64,000 nt of DNA from the human T2T-CHM13v2.0 reference genome, Homo sapiens. Under the pieces are notes generated by a model, which saw nothing but the letters and a program-made list of their open reading frames with translations, was not told the DNA's origin and made no database searches. Made by a program: the position numbers and the translations under genes. Location of the stretch: assembly GCF_009914755.1 (NCBI RefSeq), contig NC_060934.1; one strand, written 5' to 3'. Shown here in pieces: positions 60,405 through 64,000 of the stretch (positions within the stretch are counted from its first letter, which is position 1; every line of letters starts with the position of its first letter).

Positions 60405-61367
60405 CATTCTGGTTTTTAGAAGATGCCAACAAATTCTAAAGTTGAATCTAGAATTCAGTCTCTGAAGGCCAAATGAAACATGTATAGGCCAGGCAGCCTG
60501 TGGCCTCTGGGGCCCTCTCAGCTTATGATGTGGTGGCTTAAAGGTCAGGTGGAATGACAGCTGCCAAGGCCCTGAGGCCGGGGACGATGGGATGAGTGCC
60601 CACAGGAGAGGAGGCACAGGTTAGGGAGGAGAGGGAAGTAGAGTTCAGTCGGGATGCTTAGAGCATGACATTCACCAAGGTCATCTGGGTGGTGACAGAG
60701 GCCTCCCAGGAGAGAGGCCCCTGCTAGAGTGGGAAGCCAGGGGTGTCTGGACTTGCCAGGGCAGAGTGTGCACGTTTCTCCAGTCCTTGCAGAGCAGGCT
60801 GGCCCCAGCCCCTCGCCCTGACAGCACCTGGTCTGCCAGCTGTGAGGGCAGGCTGCCTGGGTGGTCCTCCCCACACGGCACTGACTGGGTTGGAGAAGGC
60901 CCGAGAGGCTTGGATGGGTGAGCATGGAGGGGCAGAGGATGTGGGAGTAGGGCTGGGGAGGACCCTCACTCTGGCTGACCCGTCAGTGGTCTCTCCAAAC
61001 TGCCTTTCCATCACATCCCAACAGGGCCTCCTCTCTCTCACCCATGCACCCCCTTCCAGGACACCCTGGTCCTCAGCTCCCACTCCCCAGCAGGGAAGCA
61101 CCAGATGGGGGCATTTGCTAGGGAAATGTACCCAAATGGCCTAGCCACCCACTGGCCTCACCACTGCCGAGGCCCGGAAGAGGGAAAGCATGCAAATTCC
61201 TCCAGCTTCCAAGCTCAGAAATCAGGATGGGGATGCAGGTCCACTCTGGGGACCTCAGGATAGGGGTCAGGCCCACTCACCAGAAGCCTCTGGACAGAGG
61301 GAGCCAAAGCACGTTCTCCGGATGGCCCTGGGCTGAGGGCAGATGCGTGGCTCTGCCTTCAGCCTCA

Positions 61368-62090
<723 letters not shown>

Positions 62091-62199
62091 TCACTGCTGC
62101 CTCCAAGAGGGCCCCTGCTGCCCACCCTGCCCACTGGGTGCCCACCTCATGACTCGGGCTCTCCTGGCTGGGACCAACAGAGCTCAGAGCAGAGGCTGA

Positions 62200-62400
62200 G
62201 GTCACTGTCGCTTTGAGGAATCTTTAGTCAGGTGCTGGCTGAGAGGATGCAGATTGACCAATCCTGTGGGTTCAGCCAGGGCTGTGCCCCTCCCTCCTGG
62301 GCTTCTCTCTCTCTGCAGCCGCCTCCACCTCCGGCGCTAGCACCTGCTAGAGACCAGCTTTCTGTGGGTGTGGGAGGGAGGGAGGGAGGGGCGGGAGAGA
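62200..62400 (-). promoter_or_regulatory. Putative CALHM1 proximal promoter (CCAAT at 62258, GC box and G-run tract 62366-62395)
   Basis: Motifs lie just upstream of the CALHM1 5'UTR; TSS not determinable from sequence. Confidence 0.4.
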
Positions 62401-63399
62401 AGGCTCAGACACAGACTGGGAAGACACTGTCTCCAGCAGGGCTGGAGTTTGGAGAGTCCAGGGCTGCTGCAGGGGCCTGAGGTCCTGGACCTTGTCTTCT
62501 GGGCTCCTAGGAAGCTCATCGCCCTCCTTTTGCCCTTCCCACTGGGGGTCTCCTCCATGCTGTATCAGAATCCTAGAGGGCTCCTCCATCAGTTCCCCGA
62601 TGACGGTGTGGTGCTGCGGTGGTGGTGGCTGCAGTGAGGGTGCTGCTGGTGGTCGTGGGGATACTAGCCACAGAGGGGATGGCAGTGGTGGTGCAGGGGA
62701 TGGTGCTAATGTGGACGTGGCGTAGAATGAAACATCCTGGATTTGCTGGCAGAGGACTTGAATTTGATAAGTTGCCTGGGCAGGGGCTGTGGCCTGTGAG
62801 TGTGCTGCAGGGGTCCTTGTGTCAGCCTGCCTGTGTCTCTGTGGGTGTGCCTGTGTGTTTGTGGGCTGTGGATGGCAAACCCTTTCCTGGCTCCACCTCC
62901 GACCTCTACTTCCCCAATCAAAAAATAAAGGGGTCTGCATGCTGACAGCAAGGGGGTGAAAAAATTAAATGGGTGGGGTGATGGGGTTTCATGCCTGGAG
63001 TTTGGGCCTCCAGAGTGCCTGCAGAAACCTGGCCAGCCCTCCTCCACAGACACATCAAAGAGGAGGAGCTGAGCATGCTCGCTCTGATGCCCAGGGCTCT
63101 CCCTGACCTCCCAAGGGCAGGTCAGATCCAGCTCCAGCCGGGGGGCTCCTGTCTGGGGAAAGGGGTGGGGTCTGGGGCTGAGACAGAGCCTGGCCAGGAC
63201 ATCCCCATGGGGCCCACAGATCTGTGCCTCCCCATGTGTGTGCCCACATGTGAGCTCACTGTGCCTTTGGGCCTCTGCATCTGTGTATCCGTGTGTGTGT
63301 GTGACCACGTTAGTGATCTTTGTGTCTGAGGGTCTCTGTATCACTGACCAGAACCAGCATTGACCCAGGCTTGCCCTGGGTGGAGCCCCATGGCAGGCA

Positions 63400-63560
63400 C
63401 TTACATGCATTGCCTGTGTAATCTTCTTACAATCCTATGGGACAGGTACTGCCATCCCCATTTTACAGAGATGGGGACTGAGGCTTGGAGAGGTTAAGTT
63501 ATCAGCTGAGAGTTACCCAGCTTGTAGGTGGAGGAGTGGGACTGGAACCCAGGCTAGCTC
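63400..63560 (-). mobile_element. MIR remnant
   Basis: atccccattttacagagatggggactgaggcttggagaggttaagt. Confidence 0.65.
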
Positions 63561-64000
63561 TCTCGTGGGGCTGGGAGTGGGGGGTGGAGGAGGGGTCAGG
63601 AAATGTTTTTTGGCCTTTCTCTTCTGGGCAAATCAGGCTCCTGTTCTGCTGGTCTGGGTGGAGATGCTGGAGTGTCACCAATAGGATACAGTGGGGAAGG
63701 ATGTTGCTCCTCTTGCTGTCAGGCTGGGCTTGGGGCAAATGGAGCCCCCAGGCTGGTAGCCTCCGGAAGACCCTTGCAGAGGCTCCCCAGGGAACACTAT
63801 AGGTGGATGGCAGGATGAGGGAGGTCCAGTGATGGAGGCGACCTACCCTGCACGTCTCCTGCAGTGTTTGCGTGCATGGCCAACAGCAGGTGTGAGCTGA
63901 TGCCAGAGCTGGGGTGGGCTTGGGGTGGTCCAGGAAACCAGGAGGAGTGGTTTCAGGGGGCCACCTGGAATTCTGTCTTGTATATTGCACACAGCTCCCT

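Noticed and set aside
62347-63410. Two long minus-strand ORFs (197 and 234 aa) upstream of CALHM1, considered as CALHM3 or a new gene
   Set aside because: No CALHM motifs or TM segments; Pro/His/Thr bias comes from (TGG)n and (TG)n low complexity, and one start lies in a MIR

Overview
Human genomic DNA (Alu-rich, with a human-specific AluYb8). From memory of the proteins, this is the chr10q24.33 PDCD11-CALHM2-CALHM1 locus. The + strand carries the end of non-coding exon 1 and all 35 coding exons of PDCD11 (RRP5 homolog; S1 repeats plus C-terminal HAT/TPR repeats). My hand-assembled exons are all GT-AG, phase-consistent, and sum to exactly 1871 codons plus stop (ATG 1726, TAG 48853-48855). The - strand carries CALHM2 (323 aa) and CALHM1 (346 aa), each with a 555-nt first coding segment and a phase-0 intron. 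About 48 Alu/FLAM elements are present, plus L1, L2, MIR, MER and MLT remnants. I see no evidence of a new gene or a novel biological system; the candidates are regulatory or splicing hypotheses. The best are: (1) a U12-type intron 15 in PDCD11 overlapped by a staggered U2-type donor/acceptor pair that would give an in-frame +50 aa isoform; (2) a human-specific AluYb8 forming an inverted pair across exon 17; (3) a frame-compatible CALHM1/CALHM2 read-through chimera; (4) a CALHM1 poly(A) signal inside a FLAM tail; (5) an intronic poly(A) signal that would truncate CALHM2. Repeat boundaries and subfamily calls are by eye and approximate.
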